From Chiloscyllium plagiosum (lineage: Eukaryota), in contig NC_057749.1 in assembly GCF_004010195.1 (NCBI RefSeq), positions 23,542,999 through 23,606,998 on the forward strand: a stretch of 64,000 nt of DNA, read 5' to 3'. Positions 55,401-62,079 of the stretch are shown piece by piece. The notes under the pieces are model-generated. The model saw only the letters and a program-made list of their open reading frames with translations. It made no database searches and was not told the origin of the DNA. Made by a program: the position numbers and the translations under genes. Numbering within the stretch: position 1 is the first letter of the stretch; every line of letters begins with the position of its first letter.

Positions 55401-55551
55401 CTTAGCTTCCATTTTCTGGACACTTCAGGTTTTTACCTGTTGCAGTCTTTTCTTTGATTTCCTCCAACTTGAGCAAAGTGGCTGAAGTCAGCTGCTCAAG
55501 ATCAAGTCCTCGGCTAGTCTGGAAAAACTCCACCAAACTATTTATTGTTTG
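1316..55551 (-). CDS. VPS13C: VPS13C internal portion: 19 coding exons, about 2.6 kb spliced, gene continues beyond both window ends
   Basis: Exons splice in consistent phases with GT/AG ends and no stops. Peptides such as GLDLEQLTSATLLKLEEIKEKTATG, DLRINLKPSYLVVPQTGF, AYEKFDVE, MSKVDG..VGCIQIIYLHKF and LKAPVIIIP match VPS13C as I recall it. The internal exon-block repeat favours VPS13C over VPS13A. Confidence 0.93.
2282..3204. mobile_element. Putative solo LTR inserted into a CR1 fragment
   Basis: Begins TGTTA and ends TAACA; TATAAA near 2942 and AATAAA near 2992; CR1-like sequence resumes on both sides; no TSD seen. Confidence 0.4.
3205..3900 (+). mobile_element. Decayed CR1-like LINE 3' region (continues from about 2130-2281)
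   Basis: Degenerate CR1 ORF2 C-terminal motifs (LYKA..R.HL, YEER...L..) and 3' UTR with gaatggcagaataggctc. Confidence 0.65.
4365..4507 (-). CDS. VPS13C: VPS13C exon (143 nt, or 131 nt if the acceptor giving exon end 4495 is used) ...PTEATKPVKTVATEGSAADHHLDIIKGASDDVVNVQLNFEIKE
   Basis: gtgagt donor is clear; two in-frame AG acceptors 12 nt apart; LNFEIKE ending parallels LKFEVKE of the 35700 exon. Confidence 0.82.
4991..5345 (+). mobile_element. HE1-like tRNA-derived V-SINE
   Basis: tRNA-like head with B box ggttcaattcc, V-domain gtgtggagttt..ttctcc, CR1-like tail. Confidence 0.85.
5601..5761. mobile_element. Fold-back Penelope-terminus element, family 1, with perfect 15-bp TSD
   Basis: Inverted arms ggaaaagcacagtaggtcagg / cctgagctactgtgcttttcc; AAATACTATTTAATG at 5586-5600 and 5762-5776. 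Confidence 0.8.
6475..6586 (-). CDS. VPS13C: VPS13C exon (112 nt) IVLSEDDLIVLMKVFEQNLGEGSKETNAVKALKDDVK
   Basis: cag acceptor, gtaagg donor, phase 0-1. Confidence 0.92.
7564..7711 (-). CDS. VPS13C: VPS13C exon (148 nt) RTILHTSSSQLDIQMLQPTNLQLTVQRNLSAAWYLKIPNVEIKGDLKTMN
   Basis: cag acceptor, gtgggt donor gives the required phase 2-0; RNL.AAWY motif. Confidence 0.9.
8100..8640 (+). mobile_element. Old L2-like LINE 3' remnant
   Basis: cccatcacc...gatctacactggctccc resembles the L2 PITP...LHWLP motif; heavily decayed. Confidence 0.55.
9212..9516 (-). CDS. VPS13C: VPS13C exon (305 nt) NFFDNFQAAKEALSAATAQAAEKAASSVKDFAQKSFRLAMDIHLKAPVIIIP...LTQLKLA
   Basis: tag acceptor, gtaaag donor, phase 0-2. 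Confidence 0.95.
9685..10110 (-). mobile_element. CR1-like LINE 3' fragment
   Basis: Reverse-complement CR1 3' UTR (ggccattcagcccatcgagtctgctc) followed by ORF2-end-like sequence. Confidence 0.6.
11790..11969. mobile_element. Fold-back Penelope-terminus element, family 1, 15-bp TSD
   Basis: ACCTCTGCAACATTG at 11775-11789 and 11970-11984; inverted arms; intact hammerhead-like core. Confidence 0.85.
11882..11909 (+). ncRNA. Minimal hammerhead-ribozyme-like motif
   Basis: CUGAAGA-A-GGGC-UUAU-GCCC-GAAA-C-GUC; palindromic ACGU in place of stem III; stem I weak. Confidence 0.65.
13749..13837 (-). mobile_element. Short family-1 Penelope terminus inserted in CR1
   Basis: ggagaaagtgaggactgcagatgctggagatcagagctg...tttcgggcattagcccttcttcagg; internal deletion removes the cleavage triplet. 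Confidence 0.75.
14856..15082. mobile_element. Tigger/pogo-like MITE
   Basis: Imperfect TIRs aggtcgttctgctataacg / gtgttataatggaacctccctg followed by TA. Confidence 0.6.
15250..15600 (-). mobile_element. HE1-like V-SINE
   Basis: Reverse complement of head, V-domain and tail. Confidence 0.88.
16437..16604 (-). CDS. VPS13C: VPS13C exon (168 nt) AVSIVGNEVFSFNITLYPNAFDDETYVDMSKVDGKITLRVGCIQIIYLHKFIMSLL
   Basis: aag acceptor after pyrimidine tract, gtaagt donor, phase 0-0. Confidence 0.94.
16830..17180 (+). mobile_element. CR1-like 3' fragment containing a small family-1 piece (about 17080-17125)
   Basis: CR1 ORF2-end/3' UTR-like sequence interrupted by ggatgctgcctgacctgctgtgcttttc. Confidence 0.6.
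17401..17504 (-). CDS. VPS13C: VPS13C exon (104 nt) GLDASASVQSKQMEVSARLRDIVVTDVDSNTLHKK
   Basis: cag acceptor, gtgctt donor, phase 1-0. Confidence 0.92.
17670..18070 (+). mobile_element. CR1/HER1-like 3' end
   Basis: RLGLLSL..RR.RGDL..VYKIMRGMDRV-like motif and gaccaaaggatctctttccatgctgtatgact tail. Confidence 0.8.
18211..18506 (+). mobile_element. HE1-like V-SINE
   Basis: ggggcagcacagtggctcagtggttagc head, V-domain, tail. Confidence 0.88.
19091..19540 (+). mobile_element. Penelope-like element 3' fragment, 12-bp TSD
   Basis: RRLEEERLIFRLGILQPQG matches the end of the 58948 element; CAAGTTGTGTTT at 19079-19090 and 19541-19552; mutated hammerhead core near 19416-19443. Confidence 0.85.
19932..20165 (-). 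mobile_element. HE1-like V-SINE, internally deleted
   Basis: Head and tail present, part of the V-domain missing. Confidence 0.8.
20592..20708 (-). CDS. VPS13C: VPS13C exon (117 nt) VLKSSKDADLVAFKMFAVMNAFNVAVCDEKCSIADIRVQ
   Basis: cag acceptor, gtaaga donor, phase 1-1. Confidence 0.92.
21320..21535. mobile_element. Fold-back element, family 2, with two inverted hammerhead-like cores
   Basis: About 95-bp inverted arms centred near 21445; CUGAUGA at 21453 (+) and 21438 (-). Confidence 0.8.
21780..22128 (-). mobile_element. HE1-like V-SINE
   Basis: Reverse-complement SINE consensus. Confidence 0.85.
22550..22740. mobile_element. Fold-back element, family 3
   Basis: aaactcagcaggtctg..cagagttaacg inverted to cattaactctg..agacctgctgagtttt. 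Confidence 0.7.
23760..23931 (-). CDS. VPS13C: VPS13C exon (172 nt) VTFSSLNFLLHTKALLSTINFLTVVIPSAD...KGVTSRT
   Basis: cag acceptor, gtacat donor, phase 0-1; within ORF 23752..23964. Confidence 0.88.
25103..25297. mobile_element. Fold-back Penelope-terminus element, family 1, 17-bp TSD (1 mismatch)
   Basis: CTTCTTTC(A/T)AAGTAATG at 25086-25102 and 25298-25314; inverted arms. Confidence 0.82.
25960..26268 (-). mobile_element. HE1-like V-SINE with internal tandem duplication of about 30 bp
   Basis: cacgcagacatggggagaatgtgcaaactc repeated twice at about 26128-26190. Confidence 0.88.
28436..28495 (-). CDS. VPS13C: VPS13C exon (60 nt) ADKNGPHFKSNYNNTEQMLK
   Basis: cag acceptor, gtaagc donor, phase 0-0; ADKNGP.F motif. 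Confidence 0.92.
28585..28915 (-). mobile_element. Deu-domain SINE (SacSINE1/AmnSINE1-like), old
   Basis: Minus strand reads ..ccactatttggaagaagaagaggggagttc..ggatcattatcacattgctgtttgtaggag.., resembling the DeuSINE core as recalled. Confidence 0.65.
28925..29258 (+). mobile_element. HE1-like V-SINE
   Basis: A/B boxes (tggctcagtag, ggttcgattcc), V-domain, tail. Confidence 0.88.
29270..29460. mobile_element. Fold-back element, family 3
   Basis: gaagttgttggaaaagctcaggtctgg.. inverted to ..ccagacctgttgagacagtccagcaatttc. Confidence 0.7.
29634..29713 (-). CDS. VPS13C: VPS13C exon (80 nt) DAQNQKLDLISCADTPGSDLLKVEYIK
   Basis: cag acceptor, gtttct donor, phase 1-0; DLLKVEYIK motif. Confidence 0.9.
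31013..31228. mobile_element. Fold-back element, family 2, 16-bp TSD (1 mismatch)
   Basis: TCAACTGAG(T/G)AAACAT at 30997-31012 and 31229-31244; hammerhead-like cores at 31103-31131 (-) and 31150-31178 (+). Confidence 0.82.
31830..32245 (+). mobile_element. Putative solo LTR interrupted by a family-2 fold-back element (about 32043-32194)
   Basis: ccctgattgg, TATAAA near 31950, AATAAA near 32035, ends gttatttCA; aaataaagt duplicated around the insertion; left edge uncertain. Confidence 0.5.
32311..32510. mobile_element. Fold-back Penelope-terminus element, family 1
   Basis: gaaagtgaggactgcagatgctgg start, inverted arms. Confidence 0.8.
33060..33213 (-). CDS. VPS13C: VPS13C exon (154 nt) VVVELTRQEDQEKPLLVFSVSQLGTEVNIRTFDLTSTSYLKKITLNYCEFS
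   Basis: tag acceptor, gtgagt donor, phase 0-1. Confidence 0.93.
33575..34335 (-). mobile_element. L1-clade LINE 3' fragment
   Basis: Minus strand KCKVDVGTLIHCL*SCHKLRRYW (CCHC-like zinc knuckle), WRRLVMEHV, TWQPFLN, then AT-rich 3' UTR. Confidence 0.65.
34741..35675. mobile_element. Long family-3 Penelope-derived fold-back with inverted arms of about 270-300 bp
   Basis: 34741-35012 is inverted relative to about 35370-35650; centre contains a Penelope C-terminus-like LGTLQP-type remnant; hammerhead-like core at 35552-35581. Confidence 0.72.
35700..35869 (-). CDS. VPS13C: VPS13C exon (170 nt) with FFAT-like motif: SLESEAEFCDAKEEADL...EELTDLQLKFEVKE
   Basis: tag acceptor, gtatca donor, phase 1-0; within ORF 35682..35921. 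Confidence 0.9.
37119..37458. mobile_element. Fold-back element, family 4, 10-bp TSD
   Basis: About 150-bp inverted arms; AATGCAAGAA at 37109-37118 and 37459-37468; hammerhead-like cores at 37193-37226 (-) and 37383-37416 (+). Confidence 0.8.
37506..37695 (-). mobile_element. Short young HE1-like SINE with (ATTAG)n tail joined directly to the V-domain
   Basis: Near-consensus CpG-rich head; about 6 ATTAG units at 37507-37538. Confidence 0.85.
37644..38017. repeat. Tandem duplication, 2 units of about 180-195 bp
   Basis: agtgctaaccactgtgccaccgtgccgcccact...catacaagaggctgaaa occurs twice, nearly identical. Confidence 0.92.
38020..39570. mobile_element. Cluster of decayed CR1 fragments in mixed orientation
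   Basis: CR1 ORF2/3' motifs (tttgtcaaacatgac, gacccttcgatccaactcatccatgccgacc). Confidence 0.55.
40762..40849 (-). CDS. VPS13C: VPS13C linker exon (88 nt) ISLAAKPRKLFDPHLVAVGSAASLEGDDS
   Basis: tag acceptor, gtaagc donor; phase 0-1 is exactly what is needed to join the flanking exons; sequence itself poorly conserved. Confidence 0.78.
42043..42175 (-). CDS. VPS13C: VPS13C exon (133 nt) KFKVSGELPLLHVRMSDQKIRSVFELTDSIPLPLRSSSRFPIKAK
   Basis: poly-T plus tag acceptor, gttggt donor, phase 2-0; FKVSG.LP..HVR.SDQK motif. Confidence 0.9.
42300..42468. mobile_element. Tigger/pogo-like MITE
   Basis: TIRs ctgaggaaccttgattatcc / ggataatcgaggttcctctg, TA on the left flank, internal gataatc repeats. 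Confidence 0.7.
43098..43614. repeat. Identical 148-bp direct repeat (43098-43245 and 43467-43614)
   Basis: Visual comparison finds no mismatch; 221-bp spacer. Confidence 0.92.
43616..44575 (-). mobile_element. Penelope-like element 3' portion (GIY-YIG remnant plus terminus)
   Basis: Minus strand CVRCSSCGPLYIRET; family-1 terminus; T-run then G-run at 44369-44399. Confidence 0.8.
45050..45680 (-). mobile_element. Decayed CR1/L2-type LINE 3' fragment
   Basis: Same family as the 19000-19900 and 24330 regions (ggccaacatttattatccatccctaactgccc). Confidence 0.55.
45968..46085 (-). CDS. VPS13C: VPS13C exon (118 nt) GQDWKSARKQYSSIQHILQPMDVKVQLSRAIVEKDTRIP
   Basis: tag acceptor, gtatgt donor, phase 1-2; HILQPMD motif. 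Confidence 0.92.
46850..47152 (+). mobile_element. Penelope-like 3' fragment
   Basis: LGLSTTWHQ region reads in an alternate frame like LGTLQPHGIN; pyrimidine-rich 3' UTR; family-1 terminus. Confidence 0.7.
47160..47790 (-). mobile_element. LINE RT remnant
   Basis: SEVGMYADDCIMF and ALDNRA (ALD..AFD-like) motifs in the ORF track. Confidence 0.7.
48100..48440 (-). mobile_element. Deu-domain SINE, old
   Basis: Similar to 28585-28915 (ctcttcttcaaaacaatggcagggtatctt; gtcccataaacagtaat). Confidence 0.6.
48585..48707 (-). mobile_element. Family-3 terminus with hammerhead-like core next to an exon donor
   Basis: Minus strand AGUU-CUGAAGA-AGAGCCACUGGUUUC-GAAGCGUU-AACU. Confidence 0.65.
48725..48854 (-). 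CDS. VPS13C: VPS13C exon (130 nt) LNSISHNDQKATSPSLSLEEILERAYEKFDVELRNVQLLFSKP
   Basis: cag acceptor, gtatga donor; lies within ORF 48672..48899. Confidence 0.93.
50250..52910 (-). mobile_element. Nested CR1/HER1-like LINE fragments
   Basis: ORF-track peptides VYKIMKGMDRV, LLEYCIQFW, FAHDAKIG, EQRDLGVHV. Confidence 0.85.
53218..53316. mobile_element. Short family-4 fold-back remnant
   Basis: aggtttgctcgctgagctgg / ccagctcagtgagcaaacct inverted, followed by family-4 terminus. Confidence 0.7.
54070..54392 (-). mobile_element. HE1-like V-SINE
   Basis: Reverse-complement SINE consensus. Confidence 0.88.
55121..55257 (-). CDS. VPS13C: VPS13C exon (137 nt) GLSYIIETRKTFDLRINLKPSYLVVPQTGFYDVNSNLLIVDFGSLQ
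   Basis: tag acceptor, gtatga donor, phase 1-0 fits both neighbours. Confidence 0.94.
55437..55551 (-). CDS. VPS13C: VPS13C exon (115 nt, phase 0-1) QTINSLVEFFQTSRGLDLEQLTSATLLKLEEIKEKTAT
   Basis: T-rich tract plus catag acceptor, gtaaaa donor, open frame. Confidence 0.93.
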
Positions 55552-55809
55552 CTATGAAAAAAAAAAAGAGAAGGAAATAGAAAATAAATTTCCAACATTT
55601 GCTGTAACAGAGCAAAACCATGATTTAAAAATACAACTTGGAAACGACGAATGAGTTAACGCAAAATTAAATTATAAACTTACACCAAATATCATTTTCT
55701 CATCTCTATGAATGACGAACTCTCTTGTATGCTTGGCTCATCTAGGTTTTCATTCACCGACAATCTTAGCACTTACCATATCATTCAACCTACTTTGTCT
55801 AAGTTGTTA

Positions 55810-56690
55810 AATAGAGATGTACTACACAGAAACAGACCCTTCGGTCAACTTGTACATGCCAACCAAATACACTAACCTAATCTCATCCCATTTGCCAGCA
55901 CTTAGCCCATATCCCTCTAAACCCTTCCTATTCATATACCCATCCAGATGCTTTTTAAATGTTGTAATTGTACAAGCCACCACCACTTCCGCTGGCAGCT
56001 TATTCCAAACATACATCACCCACTGCGTGAAAAAGTTGCCCCTTAGGTCCCTTTTAAATTTTTCACCTCCCACCCTCTATGTATAACTATAGTCCCAACA
56101 CTGACCCCTGAAGAACTCCACAAGCCATTGGCTGTCAACCTGAAAGAGACACCTTTATCCCCACCCTCTGCCTTCTGCTAGTCAGCCAATCCTCGAGCCA
56201 AGCCAGTATCTTGCCCCGAACACAATGGGCTCTTCTTTAGCAGCGTCTAGTGCAGCATCTTGTCAAAGGTCTTCTGGATATCCAAGTAGATCACGTTCAC
56301 TGACTCTTCTTTGTCAAACTAGTTCATTATCTCCTCAAAGAATTCTAACAGATTTGTCAGGCCTGACCTCCCCTTGAAGAAGCTATGCTGATTCAGCCCT
56401 TTTTTACCATGCACTTCCAAGTACTCCGTAATCTCATCCTTAATAACAGACTCCAAACCCTTACCAACAAGAGCAATTCCTGGAAGATCACCACCAGTGC
56501 GTCCACAATCTCCTCAGCTCCCTCTTTCAGAAGCAGGGTGTAGTCCATCCAGCCTGGGTGATTTATTACTCAAACCTTTCAGCTTCCCCACTATCATCTC
56601 CTTAGTCATGGCTGCTACATTGACCTCTAACCCCTGATCTTGGAAGTTCTAGCATGCTACTGGTGTCTTACACCGTGAAGACTGATTCGA
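55810..56690 (-). mobile_element. CR1/HER1-like fragments (3' end plus RT part)
   Basis: RGNFFTQWVMYVWNKLP; minus strand YLDIQKTFDK. Confidence 0.8.
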
Positions 56691-57177
56691 AAACAAAAGA
56701 TCCAAAACAACTTCAAGCCAAAACACCAGCAGTTCCGACTACTCTCAATTTCTGTCTACTGGTCATCTGTGAATGTGCGCTTTTTTTTAAAAATGGAATT
56801 ACCTAATATAAAATATTCTGAACAAGCCAATAACACTATAAACTATCACATGCATACATCTAGAATAAACACAAAACTGATCAACTTTAATGCATCACAC
56901 TTTTGCCATTTAATGCAACACCTTATAGATGATTTTTGCAGCGTCGCTGACAATACATGGTGTCTAGTTTTCACCTGCTGTCTATAAACTGAGTTCTTGC
57001 ATATCATTCGCTGGGTAAAATAATCCCAATCCAGACCAGTTTAAATTTATTTTTCAGTTAAGTATTCTCTGATTCACTTCACGGATGCCATTACACATAT
57101 TTCATTATTCAGTCAAGGTCTCTCTTAACTAGTGTCGTTGGGAATATAGCTTGAAGTTCCTTTAATCTTGCCACTCA

Positions 57178-57480
57178 GGCATGGTGGCTCAGTGGTTAGC
57201 ACTGCTGCCTCACAGCGCCAGGGACCCGGGTTCAAATCCCCCCTCGGGCAACTGCCTGTGTGGAGTTTGCACATTCTCCCAGTGTCTGCGTGGGTTTGCT
57301 CCGGTTTCCTCCCACAGTCCAAAGATGTTCTGGTCAGGTGAACTGACCATGCTAAATTGCCCGTAGTGTTAGGCACAGTTGTAGGGGAATCGGTCTGGGT
57401 GGGTTGTTCTTCGGAGGGTCGGTGTGGATTTGTTGGACCGAAGGGTGTGTTTCCGCACTGTGGGGAATCTAATCTAATCT
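57178..57480 (+). mobile_element. HE1-like V-SINE with (TCTAA)n tail
   Basis: A box tggctcagtgg, B box ggttcaaatcc, V-domain. Confidence 0.9.
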
Positions 57481-57994
57481 CTTTTATGTCTGGAATCATC
57501 CTTTGTGCTATTTGCGGTAACCTCAAGGGATGAATATTACTTTTGAAGTGTGAAGACGAGGATGGTAGAGAATTCCAGGTATGGTCTGAATGGTTCTCTG
57601 TATATCCTTGTTACAACATACATGAGACAAGTTGTTCTACGTTTGTCTCCCGACACAATTTTTAAAAATTATTTTCCAACTTTGAAGCCTGCACATCTAG
57701 CATTCCTGATAGGTTTCACTGCATGGGAAAAATTGTAACAACTCTGGAATATAAACCTTGATTCAGTAATGGTGACCATGAACTACATCAATTGTCAGAG
57801 AAACCCATCTGGTTCACTTATGTCCTTTTGACAGGAGACATGCCATCTTTATTCACTCTGACCTACAAGTGACACCAGTCCCACAACAACGGGTTTGACT
57901 CTTATCTGGTCAGTAAATCCAAGAGCATTTATTAGTGGGCATGAAATGCTGGTCTCATCAGCAACAGCTACATCAGAGGAAAAACTGCTGTTTT

Positions 57995-58445
57995 TCAGAC
58001 TGGAGGCCTGTGACCAGTGGAGTGCCGCAAGGATCGGTGCTGGGCCCTCTACTCTAAGGCTAAGGGGTGGCCTTACAGAGGTTTACAAAATTATGATGGG
58101 CATGGATAGGATAAATAGGCAAAGCCTTTTCCCTGGGGTCGGGGAGTCCAGAACTAGAGGGCATTGGTTTAAGGTGAGAGGGGAAAGATATAAAAGAGAC
58201 CTAAGGGGTAACCTTTTCAAGCAGAGGGTGGTACATGTATGGAATGAGCTGCCAGAGGATGTGGTGGAGGCTGGTATAATTGCAATATTTAAGAGGCATT
58301 TGGATGGGTAGATCAAGAGGAAGGGTTTAGAGGGATATGGGCCGGGTGCTGGCAGGTGGGACTCGATTGGGTTGGGATATCTGGTCAGCATGGACGGGTT
58401 GGACCGAAGGGTCTGTTTCTACGCTGTACATCTCTATGACGCTAT
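57995..58445 (+). mobile_element. CR1/HER1-like 3' end, internally deleted
   Basis: VTSGVPQGSVLGP joined directly to LRGGLTEVYKIMMGMDR...WNELP. Confidence 0.85.
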
Positions 58446-58947
58446 AACTCTAAAATCTCCTCGACTATTTCTTGTTAATTTATTCTATTCCTTTATTGTC
58501 CACTTATTCCTGCAAACTATGGAATTAAATTGAATTTAATTGAATTGAATTTATTGTCACGTTTACAGAGGCACAGTGAAAAGCTTTGTCTTGCGAGCAT
58601 TACAGGCAGATCAGAGTTAAGTAGCAGAGATCAGTAAATAATAGGTAAGCAGCAAAAATAAAAACACAGGTACAGGCGAATGTTGAGATTCAGTATTCTA
58701 ACAACAGTAGGGTAGAAACTGTTTCAAAACCGGCTGGTGTGTGTGTGTTCAGGCTTCTATAAAACGCTGCCAGGGTGGGATGGATCTTTTAGAATGCTAG
58801 CAGCCTTTCCTTAATAGCGGCCCTGATAGATGGATTCTATAGGTGAGAGGTAGGCCTTTGTGATTCTCCCGGCCGACTTCACCACTCTTTGTAACCGTCT
58901 CCAATCTTGAATGGTACAGTTGCCATACCAGGCAGTGATACATCCAG

Positions 58948-60857
58948 CTGAAAATGTGTTGCTGGAAAAGTGCAGCAGGTCAGGCAGCATCCAAGGAACA
59001 GGAGAATCGACGTTTCGGGCATAAGCCCTTCTTCAGGAATGAGGAAAGTGTGTCCAGCAGGCTAAGATAAAAGGTAGGGAGGAGGGACTTGGGGGAGGGG
59101 CGTTGGAATTGCGATAGGTGGAGGGAGGTCAAGGTGAGGGTGATAGGCCGGAGTGGGGTGGGGGCAGAGAAGTCAGGAAGAAGATTGCAGGTTAGGAAGG
59201 CGGTGCTGAGTTTGAGGGATTTGACTGAGACAAGGTGGGGGGAGGGGAAATGAGGAAACTGGAGAAATCTGAGTTCATCCCTTGTGGTTGGAGGGTTCAC
59301 AGGCAGAAGATGAGGCGCTCTTCCTCCAACCGTCGTGTTGCCATGGTCTGGCGATGGAGGAGTCCAAGGACCTGCATGTCCTTGGTGGAGTGGGAGGGGG
59401 TGTTCAAGTGTTGGGCTACGGGGTGGTTGGGTTGGTTGGTCCGGGTGTCCCAGAGATGTTCTCTGAAACATTCCGCAAGTGGGCGTCCTTCTCCCCAATA
59501 CAGAGGAGGCCACATCGAGTGCAGCGGATGCAATAGATGATGTGTGTGGAGGTGCAGGTGAATTGGTGGCGGATATGGAAGAGTCCCTTGGGGCCTTGGA
59601 GGTAAGTAAGGGGGAGAGGTATGGGCGCACGTTTTGCATTTCTTGCGGTTGCAGGGGAAGGTGCCGGGAGTGGAGGTTGAGTTGGTGGGGGGTGTGGACC
59701 GGACGAGGGAGTCACGGAAGGAGTGGTCTTTTCGGAACGCTGATAGGAGAGGGGAGGGAAATATATCCCTTGTGGTGGGGTCCGTTTGGAGGTGTCGGAA
59801 ATGACGGCCGATGATACGTTGTACATGGAGGAGGTTGGTGGGGTGGTAGGTGAGGACCAGTGGGGTTCTGTCCTGGTGGCGGTTGGAGGGGCGGGGCTCA
59901 AGGGCAGAGGTGCGGGAAGTGGAAGAGGTGCGGTGGAGGGCATCGTCGACTACGTCTGGCGGGAAATTGCGGTCCTTGAAGGAGGCCATCTGGGTTGTAC
60001 CTTTTGGAACTGGTCCTCCTGGGAGCAGATGCGGCGGAGACGAAGGAATTGGGAATATGGGATGGCGTTTTTACAGAGGACAGGGTGGGAGGAGGTGTAG
60101 TCGAGGTAGCTGTGGGAGTCGGTCAGTTAATAGTAAATGTCCGTGTCGATTCGGTCACCCGAGTTAGAAATGGAAAGGTCTAGGAAGGGGAGGGAGGAGT
60201 CTGAGACGGTCCAGGTGAATTTGAGGTCGGGGTGGAAGATGTTGGTAAAGTGGATGAACTGTTCAACCTCCTCGTGGGAGCACGAGGCAGCGCCGATACA
60301 GTCATCGATGTAGCGAAGGAAATGGTGTGGCCAGTGTAGCTGCGGAAGATGGACTGTTCCACATATCCTACGAAGAGGCAGGCATAGCTGGGGCCCATGC
60401 GGGTGCCCATGGCTACTCCTTTCGTTTGGAGGAAGCAGGAGGATTGGAAAGAGAAGTTGTTCAGAGTGAGGACCAGTTCAGTCAGTCGAAGGAGGGTGTC
60501 GTTGGAAGGGTACTGGTTGGTATGGCGGGAAAGGCAGAAGCAGAGGGCTTTAAGTCCTTCGTGATGGGGGATGGAGGTGTACAGGGACTGGATGTCCAAG
60601 GTGAAGATAAGGCGTTGGGGACCGGGGAAGCGAAAATCATGGAGGAGGTGGAGGGCGTGGGTGGTGTCCCGAACGTAGGTGGGGAGTTCTTGGACTAAGG
60701 GGGACAGGACCGTGTCGAGGTATGCAGAGATGAGTTCGGTGGGGCAGGAGCAGGCTGAGAGACAATGGGTCGGCCGGGGCAGTCAAGTTTGTGGATTTTG
60801 GGCAGGAGGTAGAAACGGGCGGTGCGGGGTTGTGGGACTATAAGGTTGGAGGCGGTG
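58948..60857 (-). mobile_element. Penelope-like retroelement, 5'-truncated, RT plus GIY-YIG, frameshifted, 11-bp TSD
   Basis: MDIQSLYTSIPH, GVAMGTRMGPSYACLF, RYIDD, IIYCIRCTRCGLLCIGE; GATACATCCAG at 58937-58947 and 60858-60868. Confidence 0.92.
59009..59036 (-). ncRNA. Minimal hammerhead-ribozyme-like motif in the Penelope 3' terminus
   Basis: CUGAAGA-A-GGGC-UUAU-GCCC-GAAA-C-GUC, identical to 11882-11909. Confidence 0.68.
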
Positions 60858-62079
60858 GATACATCCAGAAAATGCTGTCGATGACATACCTATAAAAGTT
60901 GGCGAGAGTAATCGCAGTCATGCCAAATTTCCTCAGCTGCCTGAGGAAGAGGAGATGTTGTTGAGCCTTTGTAACCAGTGCGTCCACATGAAGAGTCCAA
61001 GAAAGCTTGTTCTGGATGACCATTCCCAGGAGCTCGACACTCCACCTCTGTGCTTTTAATGTATAGGGGGGCATGAGTAACATCCTGCCGAATGTCAATA
61101 ATGAGTTCCTTGGTTTTGCTGTTCTCAGTGCACCATTTTTCTAAGTTTTCCACCTCCCGTCTGTAGTCTGTTTCAACGCCATCTGAGATTTGACAGACTA
61201 TGGTGGTGTCATCAGTGAACTTGTAAGTGGCATTAGTCTGGTATTTGGCGATGCAGTCATGGGTATACAGAGATTACAGAAGGGGGATGAGTATGCACCT
61301 GTGGGGGGCTCCAGTGTTGAGTGTTAGGTATATTAGATTGATACAGAATTTGTTATGCAAACCAAAAAAATGCTGCAAATGGCAGCAAGGACAGGGGGAA
61401 TGGGTGAGTAGGATTTGATGTGGTTTACAACTCAGATAATTAAATTTCAGGTCGTCCAAAATTCTAAGGGTAGAGGATGGGGACAGAGTCAGGAAAGACT
61501 CCAGAGGTGACAAAGGCCTGGTTGAAAATTCCAGATGGATGGACAGAGAGACAGGTAAGTAATATTACAGTAATAACAGAAGGATGTGTGCAGTCTTTGC
61601 CATAGACATGGTATGGTTGTTGTTAGCTCAGCTCCAGAATGAATTTGAAGTTGAGGTTGCAAGCACCTCAGTCTGCGACAGAAACTGGAAAAGTCTTGTT
61701 CCACTATTCAATGAGGTTGAGACCGATTTAGACGTGCCTTTACTCGATACTCACCGATATCCTGAACAAACAAGAGCTGTTGAGCTGAGTACTGAAATCC
61801 GAGCTTACATAGTTGGTTAGGGTGACCACTCCACATTTTCATCATTTGTGAATAAGCATGTTCTGATTTCACTTCCAAGTGATTTTTTTTTTATTCATCT
61901 GCACTGTACTTCCTCATTAGAATAGCTTCCATGTTGCATTCCTTAAACATTTTAATCAGTAAAATCATCCCTCAATCTGCTAAACTGACAGGAACACGAA
62001 TTTGATGCGCAAGGAATTTATCTGCATAACTGAACCCTTTAAACTCTGTAGAATACAACTGACATCTGTACTGTTAATG

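Larger units (their letters stand above)
58525..61325 (-). mobile_element. Rex1/Babar-like non-LTR element 3' part, split by a Penelope insertion
   Basis: YKFTDDTTIV, KTKELIID, KAQQHLLFLRQLRKFG...NFYR; (TTCAA)n-type tail near 58525-58550. Confidence 0.75.

Noticed and set aside
57178..57245. tRNA-like sequences with A/B boxes (also at 18211, 28925 and others)
   Set aside because: These are SINE heads continuing into the V-domain, not tRNA genes.
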